From: an uncultured Thermoproteaceae archaeon | GTDB lineage: Archaea > Thermoproteota > Thermoprotei > Thermoproteales > Thermocladiaceae | Assembly (NCBI GenBank): GCA_964575955.1 | Contig: CAZNTG010000013.1 | Location: forward strand, 1 to 42,893 | Direction of reading: 5' to 3' | Length of the DNA: 42,893 bases | Notes under the pieces: model-generated | What the model saw: only the letters and a program-made list of their open reading frames with translations | What the model was told of the DNA's origin: nothing | The model's database searches: none | In this document: positions 1 through 8,338 of the stretch, piece by piece | How positions within the stretch are numbered: position 1 is the stretch's first letter | Layout: every line of letters starts with the position of its first letter | Translations under genes and position numbers: made by a program

Positions 1-1
1 G

Positions 2-157
2 GAGGGTTTGAGGTGTAAGCTTTGTGGTGAAGAGATTGAAGAAGGAGAAAATGCACTAAAAACACTAAACAACATATACAAACACTACAAACAAAAACAC
101 CCAGAAACAATAGAAAAAATAAAACAAAAACTAACAACACCGAAACAGACAGTTTAA
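2..157 (+). CDS. Small C2H2-type zinc-finger protein (may be 5'-partial; possible TTG start at 8)
   Basis: Manual translation of frame 2: EGLRCKLCGEEIEEGENALKTLNNIYKHYKQKHPETIEKIKQKLTTPKQTV*; CxxC...HxxxxH motif; not in the ORF track. Confidence 0.6.
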   Translation, partial: EGLRCKLCGEEIEEGENALKTLNNIYKHYKQKHPETIEKIKQKLTTPKQTV

Positions 158-238
158 GGTTTCAATATTAAAACTATACAATGTTTAAAACGTTAAATTT
201 TTAATTCTTTCTAAATTCCTCCTATATGAGATGTCTAA

Positions 239-291
239 GTGATGATACCTGGGTTTCAGCTTGATATGGTGAAGATAGGCGCTTCATCTGA
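239..291 (+). ncRNA. Box C/D guide sRNA
   Basis: C box GTGATGA (239-245), D' TTGA (261-264), C'-like ATGGTGA, D box CTGA (288-291); intergenic, AT-rich TATA-like sequence upstream. Confidence 0.7.
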
Positions 292-323
292 AATCCTTTT
301 TAAAGAAGTTTCTAGCTGTAATG

Positions 324-382
324 TGTTGAGAGTGGATGAGGGGAGGTCACCTTAGGCGGCTACCTCCCTGACACTCTCGACA
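324..382 (+). ncRNA. K-turn-containing hairpin RNA (atypical C/D- or H/ACA-like)
   Basis: 11-bp stem TGTTGAGAGTG/CACTCTCGACA, GAT bulge plus tandem GA/GA, inner stem GGGAGGT/ACCTCCC; TTTTAAA about 25 nt upstream. Confidence 0.6.
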
Positions 383-442
383 TCTTCCTGTCTTTCCAAT
401 AAACTTTATAAATAGACTATGTTCTATCACGCTTGAGTCTGT

Positions 443-1774
443 ATGAGTATCGTAATTAAGCCAAAGGAGACAGCTGTAAAGAAGCCACACATAAATCTAG
501 CAGTTATAGGACATGTAGATCATGGTAAATCTACACTAATTGGACATCTACTAGTAGCTACAGGATATGTAGATGAGAAGGCTTGGAAAGAACTTTACGA
601 GACAGCTAAGAAGATGGGTAAGGAAGACTTCGCATTTGCATGGATTATGGATAGATTGAAAGAAGAGCGTGAGAGAGGTGTAACGATAGAAGCAATGCAT
701 GTAGGTTTTGAGACAAACAAGTACTTCATAACAATAATAGACTTACCAGGACATAGAGACTTCATAAAGAACATGATCGTAGGTGCAAGTCAGGCAGATG
801 CAGCACTCCTAGTAGTATCAGCAAGACCAGGAGAGTACGAGGCAGGAATTGGACCACAAGGACAGACAAGAGAACACCTATTCCTAGTTAGGACACTAGG
901 AGTATCGCAGATAATTGTAGCAGTAAACAAGATGGATGTAGTAAACTACGACCAGAAGAGGTATGAACAGATAAAGACAGAACTTAGCAAACTACTAAAA
1001 CTACTAGGATATGACCCAAGCAAAGTACCATTCATACCTGTAAGTGCAATAAAGGGAGATAATATTAAAGATAGAAGTCCAAACACACCGTGGTACAACG
1101 GTCCAACAGTACTAGAAGCACTAGACCTACTAGAACCACCACCAAGACCAGTAGATAAGCCATTTAGAATGCCAATACAGGACGTGTTCACAATAACAGG
1201 AGTTGGAACTGTAGTAGTTGGTAGAGTTGAGACAGGAGTTCTCAAGGTTGGTGATAAGGTAGTAATAATGCCACCAGCAAAAGTTGGAGATGTTAGAAGC
1301 ATAGAGACACATCACATAAAGCTAAATGAGGCAAAACCAGGAGATAACGTAGGTGTAAACGTTAGAGGTGTAGAGAAGAAGGATATTAGAAGAGGAGACG
1401 TAATGGGACACCTATCAAATCCACCAACAGTAGCTGAAGAGATGGTTGCAAGAATAGTAATACTATGGCACCCAACAGCAATAAGTGTTGGATATGCACC
1501 AGTAATGCACATACACACAGCAACAGTACCAGCACAGATAACAGAGATAATAGCAAAATTAGACCCAAGAACAGGACAGACAATAGAACACAAACCACAA
1601 TTCATAAAGCAGGGAGATGCAGCAATAGTAAGATTAAAACCACTAAAGCCAGTAGTAGCAGAGAAATTTGCAGACTTCCCACCACTTGGAAGATTCGCAC
1701 TTAGAGATATGGGTAGAACTGTAGCTGCAGGTCAAATAATCGAAGTTAAACCAGCAAAAGTAGAGATCAAGTAA
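443..1774 (+). CDS. tuf: Translation elongation factor EF-1 alpha
   Basis: GHVDHGKST, ERERGVTI, DLPGHRDF, NKMD, PPLGRFALRDM motifs. Confidence 0.99.
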   Translation: MSIVIKPKETAVKKPHINLAVIGHVDHGKSTLIGHLLVATGYVDEKAWKELYETAKKMGKEDFAFAWIMDRLKEERERGVTIEAMHVGFETNKYFITIIDLPGHRDFIKNMIVGASQADAALLVVSARPGEYEAGIGPQGQTREHLFLVRTLGVSQIIVAVNKMDVVNYDQKRYEQIKTELSKLLKLLGYDPSKVPFIPVSAIKGDNIKDRSPNTPWYNGPTVLEALDLLEPPPRPVDKPFRMPIQDVFTITGVGTVVVGRVETGVLKVGDKVVIMPPAKVGDVRSIETHHIKLNEAKPGDNVGVNVRGVEKKDIRRGDVMGHLSNPPTVAEEMVARIVILWHPTAISVGYAPVMHIHTATVPAQITEIIAKLDPRTGQTIEHKPQFIKQGDAAIVRLKPLKPVVAEKFADFPPLGRFALRDMGRTVAAGQIIEVKPAKVEIK

Positions 1775-1800
1775 GGAGAGTAGAATACTCAAATAATCTA

Positions 1801-2718
1801 TTAAAGATATCTCCACATTGTTAAAGGTGTTAAACCCTTCATAACTGGTCTTAATACTCCCTTCCTAATTCTCTCTAAAGCTCTTGACAATGGTTCAGCA
1901 TCAAGCATAACAGTTAAAAACCAGGTTACAAGACCTTGATAATCTCTCCAATAATTTCTAAAATAATTATCAACATCTTTAATACCAACAAAATTATACA
2001 AACCTCTAACCCATCTATCAATTACAGGTTTTGAATAATCTCTATATGCAAGTACTAGAGAAAGACCATAGGTATATGGACCGACACCTTTAACATCTTT
2101 CAAAATCTTATAGAGATTGTAATCACCATATTCTAGAAATCTCTTAGCAATATTCACAACAATACTAGACCTATACCCATAACCACAATCTCTCAATATT
2201 GACTCACCTCTCTCAACAATATATTTAGGATCTGGAATTGTTATGAAAACTTTATCATCTTCAAGATATATTCTAGAACCATAATTCACATGTAGTTTAT
2301 ATATCATAGACCAGCCCTGTCTAAATGATGCATTTTGTTGAGAAACTGCTATGATGGTAGCATACCATGGATCGACACTTCTCATATGAAGACCAATAAG
2401 GACATCTTTCAAAATTGGGTCACCTCTACATAATTCATAAAATTTTGATAAATCTTCAGAAATACCTAAACTATATACAACCTTCTCAATTACTAAATCT
2501 CTATTGATAGAATCTTCATATCTACCATACACATCAACAATTATCTTATTACCATCTTCATAACATCTAACAACTACAAACTTATCATCAATATCTAATC
2601 TAATCCTAAGAAACTTACCATCAAAATTCCAACTAAAACTATAAGCTGCTGCAGATAGATTAAAATCATATTCTACACACTTCTCAATTTCAAATCTACA
2701 CTTTCTAACAAATTTCAT
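1801..2718 (-). CDS. HhH-GPD superfamily DNA glycosylase (AlkA/Ogg1-like)
   Basis: AVSQQNAS, GYGYRS, HhH KGVGPYT, PVIDRWV. Confidence 0.8.
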   Translation of the reverse strand: MKFVRKCRFEIEKCVEYDFNLSAAAYSFSWNFDGKFLRIRLDIDDKFVVVRCYEDGNKIIVDVYGRYEDSINRDLVIEKVVYSLGISEDLSKFYELCRGDPILKDVLIGLHMRSVDPWYATIIAVSQQNASFRQGWSMIYKLHVNYGSRIYLEDDKVFITIPDPKYIVERGESILRDCGYGYRSSIVVNIAKRFLEYGDYNLYKILKDVKGVGPYTYGLSLVLAYRDYSKPVIDRWVRGLYNFVGIKDVDNYFRNYWRDYQGLVTWFLTVMLDAEPLSRALERIRKGVLRPVMKGLTPLTMWRYL

Positions 2719-2801
2719 AGATTAAGATAATATTGACAATCTACCTCTTAAACATTCTCAAAAAGACACCACTTATATAATTCATAGACTAGATGTAGGA
2801 T

Positions 2802-3023
2802 ATGACTAGTGAGATCATAATTCCTGAAGAGTGTAGAAGTGTTAAGCTAGTATTTGGATATAGCGTTAAGACTTATGGCGATGGAGTAATAGTAGAATTT
2901 CTACATTATGATCACATTGATAATAAGACATATGTAATAGGTAGATTCTACATACCTGTTAAAATATTTGAAGACTTCATTAAGACATTACAGGAAGCTT
3001 ATAATAAGTTGAAAGAGGGTTGA
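2802..3023 (+). CDS. Small hypothetical protein
   Basis: 73-aa ORF with typical codon usage; TTATATAA box upstream. Confidence 0.65.
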   Translation: MTSEIIIPEECRSVKLVFGYSVKTYGDGVIVEFLHYDHIDNKTYVIGRFYIPVKIFEDFIKTLQEAYNKLKEG

Positions 3024-3063
3024 GAAGACAGACTTATAACAACGATCACAGATATCTAGATAT

Positions 3064-3330
3064 ATGGAAGATAATTCAAATAACGATAAACCACACATAT
3101 ATAAGCACTCTAAGTTTTACAAAATTAAGTTATATATAAATGATAGAGATGTGCATGAGGCTAGACTTGACGATATTTTAAGAAGGGATATAGAGAAAGC
3201 TCTTATGGAGGGTAGAGATGCAGTATCAATATTGAAAGATCTTGGACTTGATGTTGATATGAAACTCATGAATGATATAGAAGATTTCATAAATAGGATA
3301 ATCACAGAGATAAAAGATGGATGGTTATGA
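3064..3330 (+). CDS. Hypothetical protein, possibly frameshifted (continues in another frame to 3409)
   Basis: 88-aa ORF; GATG-GATG tandem duplication at 3316-3323 just before the stop. Confidence 0.5.
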   Translation: MEDNSNNDKPHIYKHSKFYKIKLYINDRDVHEARLDDILRRDIEKALMEGRDAVSILKDLGLDVDMKLMNDIEDFINRIITEIKDGWL

Positions 3331-3414
3331 AATTGATGAAAAACTTGAAAGGTATGTAAGAGAATTGTATAAAACAATTGCATATATAGTAGAGCTGAAA
3401 TTTAGGTAGGTGAG

Positions 3415-3669
3415 ATGGTCACAATTAGAGATATATTGAATAAATTGAGGTGGACGGGAAGATTGGGTGAGTGTGAGCTAGTGTACATATCTAGAGGTGA
3501 GCCAAATAATGAGAAGATAATAGACTTATCAACAATAGTTGAAATTTGTAAGAATGGTTTTGTATATGTTGAAAATGGTTATAGAATCTACATTCCATAT
3601 CATAGAGTTATTGAGATTAGGACTAAAGATAGAAAGGAGGTATTTATTAGAAGAAAAGTTCCACACTAA
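3415..3669 (+). CDS. DUF504/UPF0248 (MJ1316-like RNA repair domain) protein
   Basis: IRDILNKLRW...YISRG...IPYHRV signature; GGTGAG SD. Confidence 0.85.
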   Translation: MVTIRDILNKLRWTGRLGECELVYISRGEPNNEKIIDLSTIVEICKNGFVYVENGYRIYIPYHRVIEIRTKDRKEVFIRRKVPH

Positions 3670-3707
3670 TATTAAGATTTATTATATAGTTATTTTAAAG
3701 ATGTGTA

Positions 3708-4484
3708 ATGTCATCTAAAAGATGTAAAATTGCGTGGGGCATAACTGGTGCAGGACATTATTTGAGAGAGAGTATTCAATATCTAGAGAAGATGATTAGT
3801 GAATTTAACATACCTACAATAGTGTACGTATCTAGAGCTGGTAGTGAAGTTTTGAAAATGTATGGACTATATAGAACATTGATAGATATTGTGAATAGGT
3901 GTAGATATTGTGAAATAGTATTTGAAGAAAATGAAGGTTATAGCTATCCTAAGACAGGTAAGGTATATACTGAGATAAGTACTGTAATAATATCACCAAC
4001 AACATTTAACACACTTGCAAAAATTGCAAATGGGATATGTGATACATTAATTACAAACTTGGTAGCTCATGCATTAAAGGCTAGAGTTCCTGTAATACTT
4101 GTAATACCTGACTTAGAGTGTCCTGTTGAGAGTGAGATACCGATATACATAGATAGAGATATATGTCTAAATTGTGAACATGTATGTGAGATAGTTGATG
4201 TATGTCCAAGAAAAGCAGTATACATAGGTAATGATGGATTACCACATATAGATCTTGTAAAATGTGATAGATGTGGCATATGTGTTAATGAATGTCCAAG
4301 AAAAGCAATACAGTTAAATAAGAGAGTAATGATATATCAGCATCCACTACTTGCAAGTCTAGTTGAGAAGGTTAGAAGTATGGGTATTGTAGTGTTTAGC
4401 AATCCTGAAAATATGTGGAATAGTATGGTTGTTAGAGAAATTTTAGAGAGGACCTCTATAGTGAGCAGTTCCAGGACATCTTAA
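3708..4484 (+). CDS. HFCD/AfpA-family flavoprotein with inserted 4Fe-4S ferredoxin domain (dihydromethanopterin reductase-like)
   Basis: IAWGITGAGH, PTTFNTLAKIANGICDTLIT; CLNC...C...CP and CDRCGICVNECP motifs. Confidence 0.85.
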   Translation: MSSKRCKIAWGITGAGHYLRESIQYLEKMISEFNIPTIVYVSRAGSEVLKMYGLYRTLIDIVNRCRYCEIVFEENEGYSYPKTGKVYTEISTVIISPTTFNTLAKIANGICDTLITNLVAHALKARVPVILVIPDLECPVESEIPIYIDRDICLNCEHVCEIVDVCPRKAVYIGNDGLPHIDLVKCDRCGICVNECPRKAIQLNKRVMIYQHPLLASLVEKVRSMGIVVFSNPENMWNSMVVREILERTSIVSSSRTS

Positions 4485-4970
4485 ACATACCATACGGAAC
4501 ATACATTCACTACATCTATCTCCACATGGTGATACATCTCCACATCTTGTAGATAGTGGTATATACATGTATTTTGGCTTTTCAACATTGAGTATTCTAA
4601 TCTCATTAATATCACGATTAAGTCTACTTCTTATTCTCTCAATAACACATTTTAGAGTTGACTCATCTTCACCATATATCAACATTATTGTCATATTTTT
4701 AGAATTTGAAAACATTATAACTCTAGGACATTTAGAATATTCTTTAGGAACTTCACCATCTATGAGTAGTAGTGAAAACGTTAATTTTAGAAGATCTATG
4801 TTTAACAATGCTTGAACTCTAACAAGACCTTTACTTGTCAATTTAACTAGATGTTTTCTAACACCTACATGAGTCATAGAGAGCTGTTTTCCAAGTTCTA
4901 CAAGACTTATCCTACCATCTTCCTGTAGAATTGTTAGTAGTTTTCTCTTAACATCATCTAGTAGAGACAT
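4443..4970 (-). CDS. Lrp/AsnC-family transcriptional regulator with Cys-rich C-terminal tail
   Basis: LDDVKRKLLTILQEDGRISLVELGKQL HTH; tail CGDVSPCGDRCSECMFRMVCLRCP. Confidence 0.85.
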   Translation of the reverse strand: MSLLDDVKRKLLTILQEDGRISLVELGKQLSMTHVGVRKHLVKLTSKGLVRVQALLNIDLLKLTFSLLLIDGEVPKEYSKCPRVIMFSNSKNMTIMLIYGEDESTLKCVIERIRSRLNRDINEIRILNVEKPKYMYIPLSTRCGDVSPCGDRCSECMFRMVCLRCPGTAHYRGPL

Positions 4971-5020
4971 ATTATTATATGTTAAAGCACCCTTATTACA
5001 CTTAACTAGTGTGATTCTGC

Positions 5021-5350
5021 ATGATGGGTAGAGGATGGATGTGGGGTAAGAGGAGGAAGAGATTTATCTTTCTAGAAATTTCGCCTGAATGTGTACTATA
5101 CATACCTACAAATCCTGGAAGTATATGTTTAGAAGAACAGGGAAGATGTATAGTTTTGACATATGTAGAACTTCAAGCTCTAAAATTAGTATATCTAGAC
5201 AACTTGACACAGTATGAAGCTGCTATGAGGATGGGTATACCTAGGAGTACTCTATGGAGAATAATAGAGAATGCTAGAAGGAAGATTGTTCAAGCACTTA
5301 TAGAGAGAAGACCAATCCTGATAGCTAGAACTGAAGATGGTAGATGTTGA
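5021..5350 (+). CDS. DUF134/UPF0251 DNA-binding protein
   Basis: LTYVELQALKLVYLDNLTQYEAAMRMGIPRSTLWRIIENARRKIVQAL. Confidence 0.9.
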   Translation: MMGRGWMWGKRRKRFIFLEISPECVLYIPTNPGSICLEEQGRCIVLTYVELQALKLVYLDNLTQYEAAMRMGIPRSTLWRIIENARRKIVQALIERRPILIARTEDGRC

Positions 5351-5395
5351 GAAAGGTTTAAATATCTGAGCAATAGCTCATAACACGGTGATAAC

Positions 5396-5647
5396 ATGGC
5401 TTGGTGGGGTGGATGGGGAAGAGGATGGAGAGGTGGAGGATGGGGATGGAGTATGTGGCCAGGTAGAGGACCATTTAGCCATCTACCACCATGGCTAAGA
5501 CCAGGATGGCTATTTGGTAGAGGTGCATGTAGATTCCTATTCCCATGGCTATGGTATGGATATGCAATACCATACTACATGTACTGGCCATACTACTTCA
5601 TGCTACCAATGATGTACTACTACATGATTCCTAGATGGTGGTGGTAA
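5396..5647 (+). CDS. Trp/Gly/Arg/Tyr-rich small protein (DUF5320-like N-terminal region)
   Basis: GWGRGWRGGG...WPGRGPFSHLPPWLRPGW; GGTGA SD upstream. Confidence 0.75.
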   Translation: MAWWGGWGRGWRGGGWGWSMWPGRGPFSHLPPWLRPGWLFGRGACRFLFPWLWYGYAIPYYMYWPYYFMLPMMYYYMIPRWWW

Positions 5648-5649
5648 GC

Positions 5650-5820
5650 ATGTACTGGTGGCCATACTTGCCAATACTAGATCCAATAGCTACATGGTAT
5701 TGGATGAGTTGGCTAATGTTCACACCAATATACTACATGATGATGTATTCACTAATGTTAGAGAGCTATAGGACAATGTTAGAAATGTTAAGAAAGATGT
5801 TTGAAAGTATTAAGATGTAG
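5650..5820 (+). CDS. Met/Tyr/Trp-rich small hypothetical protein
   Basis: ATG at 5650 directly after the previous stop; MYWWPYLPILDP... Confidence 0.65.
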   Translation: MYWWPYLPILDPIATWYWMSWLMFTPIYYMMMYSLMLESYRTMLEMLRKMFESIKM

Positions 5821-5828
5821 GTGATTCA

Positions 5829-6167
5829 ATGTTCTGGTATAGAATACTTAGATTTCTAATGAAGTACATGCCTCCACCACCTCCACCATTACCACAATAT
5901 CAATCACAGCCATACATGGGACAACAATATCAACAGACTCAACAATCACAATATCCACAATATCAATATCCACCATTTCCATACATGCCAATACCATTCA
6001 TGCCGTATCCACCAACTCCAGAAGATGAGTTATCAATGTTAGAAGATTATAAGAAGTTTCTTGAAGAGATGCTTAGAGATATTGAGGAAGAGTTGAAATA
6101 TGTTGAAGAGAGGATTAAACAATTGAGAGAATATCTAAGACAGAGAGGTCAAGGATTTCAAGGATAG
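5829..6167 (+). CDS. Pro/Gln/Tyr-rich protein with C-terminal coiled coil (DUF5320-like C-terminal region)
   Basis: Poly-P and QY repeats, then PTPEDELSMLEDYKKFLEE...EERIKQL; GGTGA SD. Confidence 0.75.
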   Translation: MFWYRILRFLMKYMPPPPPPLPQYQSQPYMGQQYQQTQQSQYPQYQYPPFPYMPIPFMPYPPTPEDELSMLEDYKKFLEEMLRDIEEELKYVEERIKQLREYLRQRGQGFQG

Positions 6168-6168
6168 T

Positions 6169-6215
6169 TCAGAATGGCCGACCTCATCACACTCAGATAA
6201 CCCTGCCATCATCAT
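6169..6215 (-). ncRNA. Box C/D guide sRNA
   Basis: Minus strand: ATGATGA-tggcagggttat-CTGA-gt-GTGATGA-ggtcggccatt-CTGA, all four boxes perfect. Confidence 0.92.
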
Positions 6216-6508
6216 TAGAGTAAAATCTTATCTTCTAAATCCTCTATATTCATATTTAAAATATCCTCTCTCTTAAACTCATAAACAACACCTCTACTTG
6301 TAGATCTCTTTTCACAATTTAAATACTTACACAATTCTTCAAATACATGTTTAACAACCTGTCTAACTATCATTGAGTTTTTTATAGAGTTCTCTCTCAT
6401 TATTTTCTCACTAATCTTACTAGGTCTATAAGATACATTACTTCCCTTAGAATTTTCAGCAATCTCCTTAATCTCTCTAAGTGTTAATCTTATTAATGTT
6501 CTAATCAT
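6215..6508 (-). CDS. Small hypothetical protein, possible winged-helix DNA-binding fold
   Basis: 97-aa basic ORF, helix-rich with terminal beta-hairpin-like RSTSRGVVYEF. Confidence 0.6.
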   Translation of the reverse strand: MIRTLIRLTLREIKEIAENSKGSNVSYRPSKISEKIMRENSIKNSMIVRQVVKHVFEELCKYLNCEKRSTSRGVVYEFKREDILNMNIEDLEDKILL

Positions 6509-6608
6509 TAAAACACCAAGACAAACTCAGTATACATATCTATAAATTAGATGTTTATTAAGAATTCAGTAGTGTAAGGCGTAAATTTTACTGAACTTAA
6601 AATAGCCC

Positions 6609-7862
6609 ATGACTAGAGCTTTAGAAAGTTTAAGAAGTATTAATGAAGTTTTAAATGAAGTATATAGATATCTAAAACATAGATTAAAAATCTTAGAAAT
6701 ATCAACAATATATTCTGAAGGTAAGATATGTGCTGAAGATGTATATGCAAAAATAGATTTACCCCCATTCGATAGAGCAGCGGTTGACGGTTATGCTGTG
6801 AGGTCTGAAGATGTATTTTCAGCATCATCATCAAGTCCAATAATACTCAAGATTGTAGATAAGGATAAGATTGATAGTGGTGAAGCTCGAGAAATAAGTA
6901 CTGGAGAACCACTACCTGAAGGTGCAGATGCAGTTGTGATGTATGAATATACTGTACGTAGAGGTGAGTATGTAGAAATACTTAGACCAGTACCAAGATG
7001 GGGTAATGTATCTAGAAGAGGTGAAGATTTCAAAAAAGGAGATCTAATTGTAAGAAAGGGAAAGTTGATAGATTATATAGATATTGCAGCTTTAATATCA
7101 ACAGGAAATTTTAAGATAAAAGTATTTAAAATAAATATAGGATTAATATGTACAGGAAGTGAGATAGTTGAACCAGAGTCTTTAAAGTATGAAGAAATTG
7201 AAGAAGTTCTGAAGTTTGGAAAGATAATAAATTCTACAAGATTTATATTAAAACAACTATTTAAACAGATAGGTGCTGAAGAGAAGTATTATGGAGTTGT
7301 TAATGATGATGAAAAAGAGATTATGGAAACTATCCTAAAAGCATTAGAGGAGAATGATATTGTAGTAGTTACTGGAGGAACTGCTATAGGTACTAGAGAT
7401 GTAACGTATAGTGCTATATTGAGACTAAATCCTGAATATGTATGGCGTGGAATTACAATAAGACCAGCAAGACCTACAGGTGTTGCAGTAATTTCAGGAA
7501 AGCCAATATTGATGTTAAGTGGATTTCCAGTTGCTGCATATGTAGGTTTTCAAGCTATCGGTATACCAATAGTATACAAGATGATGAATATAGATAGGGT
7601 AGAGATACCATACATCAAAGCTAGACTATATAGAAGAGTTGCAAAACCACCAAACTTGAGAACATACATGAGAGTAGAGTTATGTGTTGAGAGAAGTAGT
7701 GGAGAGTTGATAGCTAAACCACTAGCTGTTACAGGAAGTGGGCTAATATCAACATTAGTTAAAGGTAATGCAATACTTGAAATACCTGAAAATTTAGAAG
7801 GATTTGAAGAAAATGAAGATGTTTGGGTAAGAATCGTGAGAGATTTAAAATATTGTGAATAG
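6609..7862 (+). CDS. moeA: Molybdopterin molybdotransferase MoeA
   Basis: PPFDRAAVDGYAV, ISTGEPLPEGADAVVMYE, TGG, LSGFPVAA. Confidence 0.95.
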   Translation: MTRALESLRSINEVLNEVYRYLKHRLKILEISTIYSEGKICAEDVYAKIDLPPFDRAAVDGYAVRSEDVFSASSSSPIILKIVDKDKIDSGEAREISTGEPLPEGADAVVMYEYTVRRGEYVEILRPVPRWGNVSRRGEDFKKGDLIVRKGKLIDYIDIAALISTGNFKIKVFKINIGLICTGSEIVEPESLKYEEIEEVLKFGKIINSTRFILKQLFKQIGAEEKYYGVVNDDEKEIMETILKALEENDIVVVTGGTAIGTRDVTYSAILRLNPEYVWRGITIRPARPTGVAVISGKPILMLSGFPVAAYVGFQAIGIPIVYKMMNIDRVEIPYIKARLYRRVAKPPNLRTYMRVELCVERSSGELIAKPLAVTGSGLISTLVKGNAILEIPENLEGFEENEDVWVRIVRDLKYCE

Positions 7863-7873
7863 AGACTACATAC

Positions 7874-8335
7874 ATGTCGACAGTCATAGAATTTATAAAA
7901 GAGACAAATATAGTAAATGAGAAGGTTGAAGGTAAAAATATAAAATGCTTCGAAGTTCCAAAGACAAAATTCTTCTCAAAGGGTGAATTACTATATATTG
8001 GATTTATGCTAAATATGAATGAGCAAGATGTATTAAATAAGATAAATGAGATGAAGCTTGGTAGAAAAACTATAGAGAAAGTATATGCATTTAGAATAGA
8101 TCAAACAGATGTGTGGATTGGTAGTAGAGTACTATTGCCAAGTCTTCTAGAAAATGATGTTGACTTAACAGAACTTCAACCACTTGGAAATGCAATACTT
8201 AGAGTATCACTACACTTCAATGGAGTTAGAGATGTTGTATATGTAACTCTGTACGAGTATGATGAATTTAGAGAACTTGTAATTACTAAAGTTAAGGGAG
8301 CTAAAGGAATTGTTAGATATGTGATATATATCTAG
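7874..8335 (+). CDS. Hypothetical protein
   Basis: 153-aa ORF with typical codon usage, 11 bp after moeA. Confidence 0.7.
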   Translation: MSTVIEFIKETNIVNEKVEGKNIKCFEVPKTKFFSKGELLYIGFMLNMNEQDVLNKINEMKLGRKTIEKVYAFRIDQTDVWIGSRVLLPSLLENDVDLTELQPLGNAILRVSLHFNGVRDVVYVTLYEYDEFRELVITKVKGAKGIVRYVIYI

Positions 8336-8338
8336 CAA

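Noticed and set aside
6565-6595. TTCAGTA...TACTGAA inverted repeat upstream of moeA
   Set aside because: Short AT-rich arms with a long spacer; cannot be distinguished from chance.
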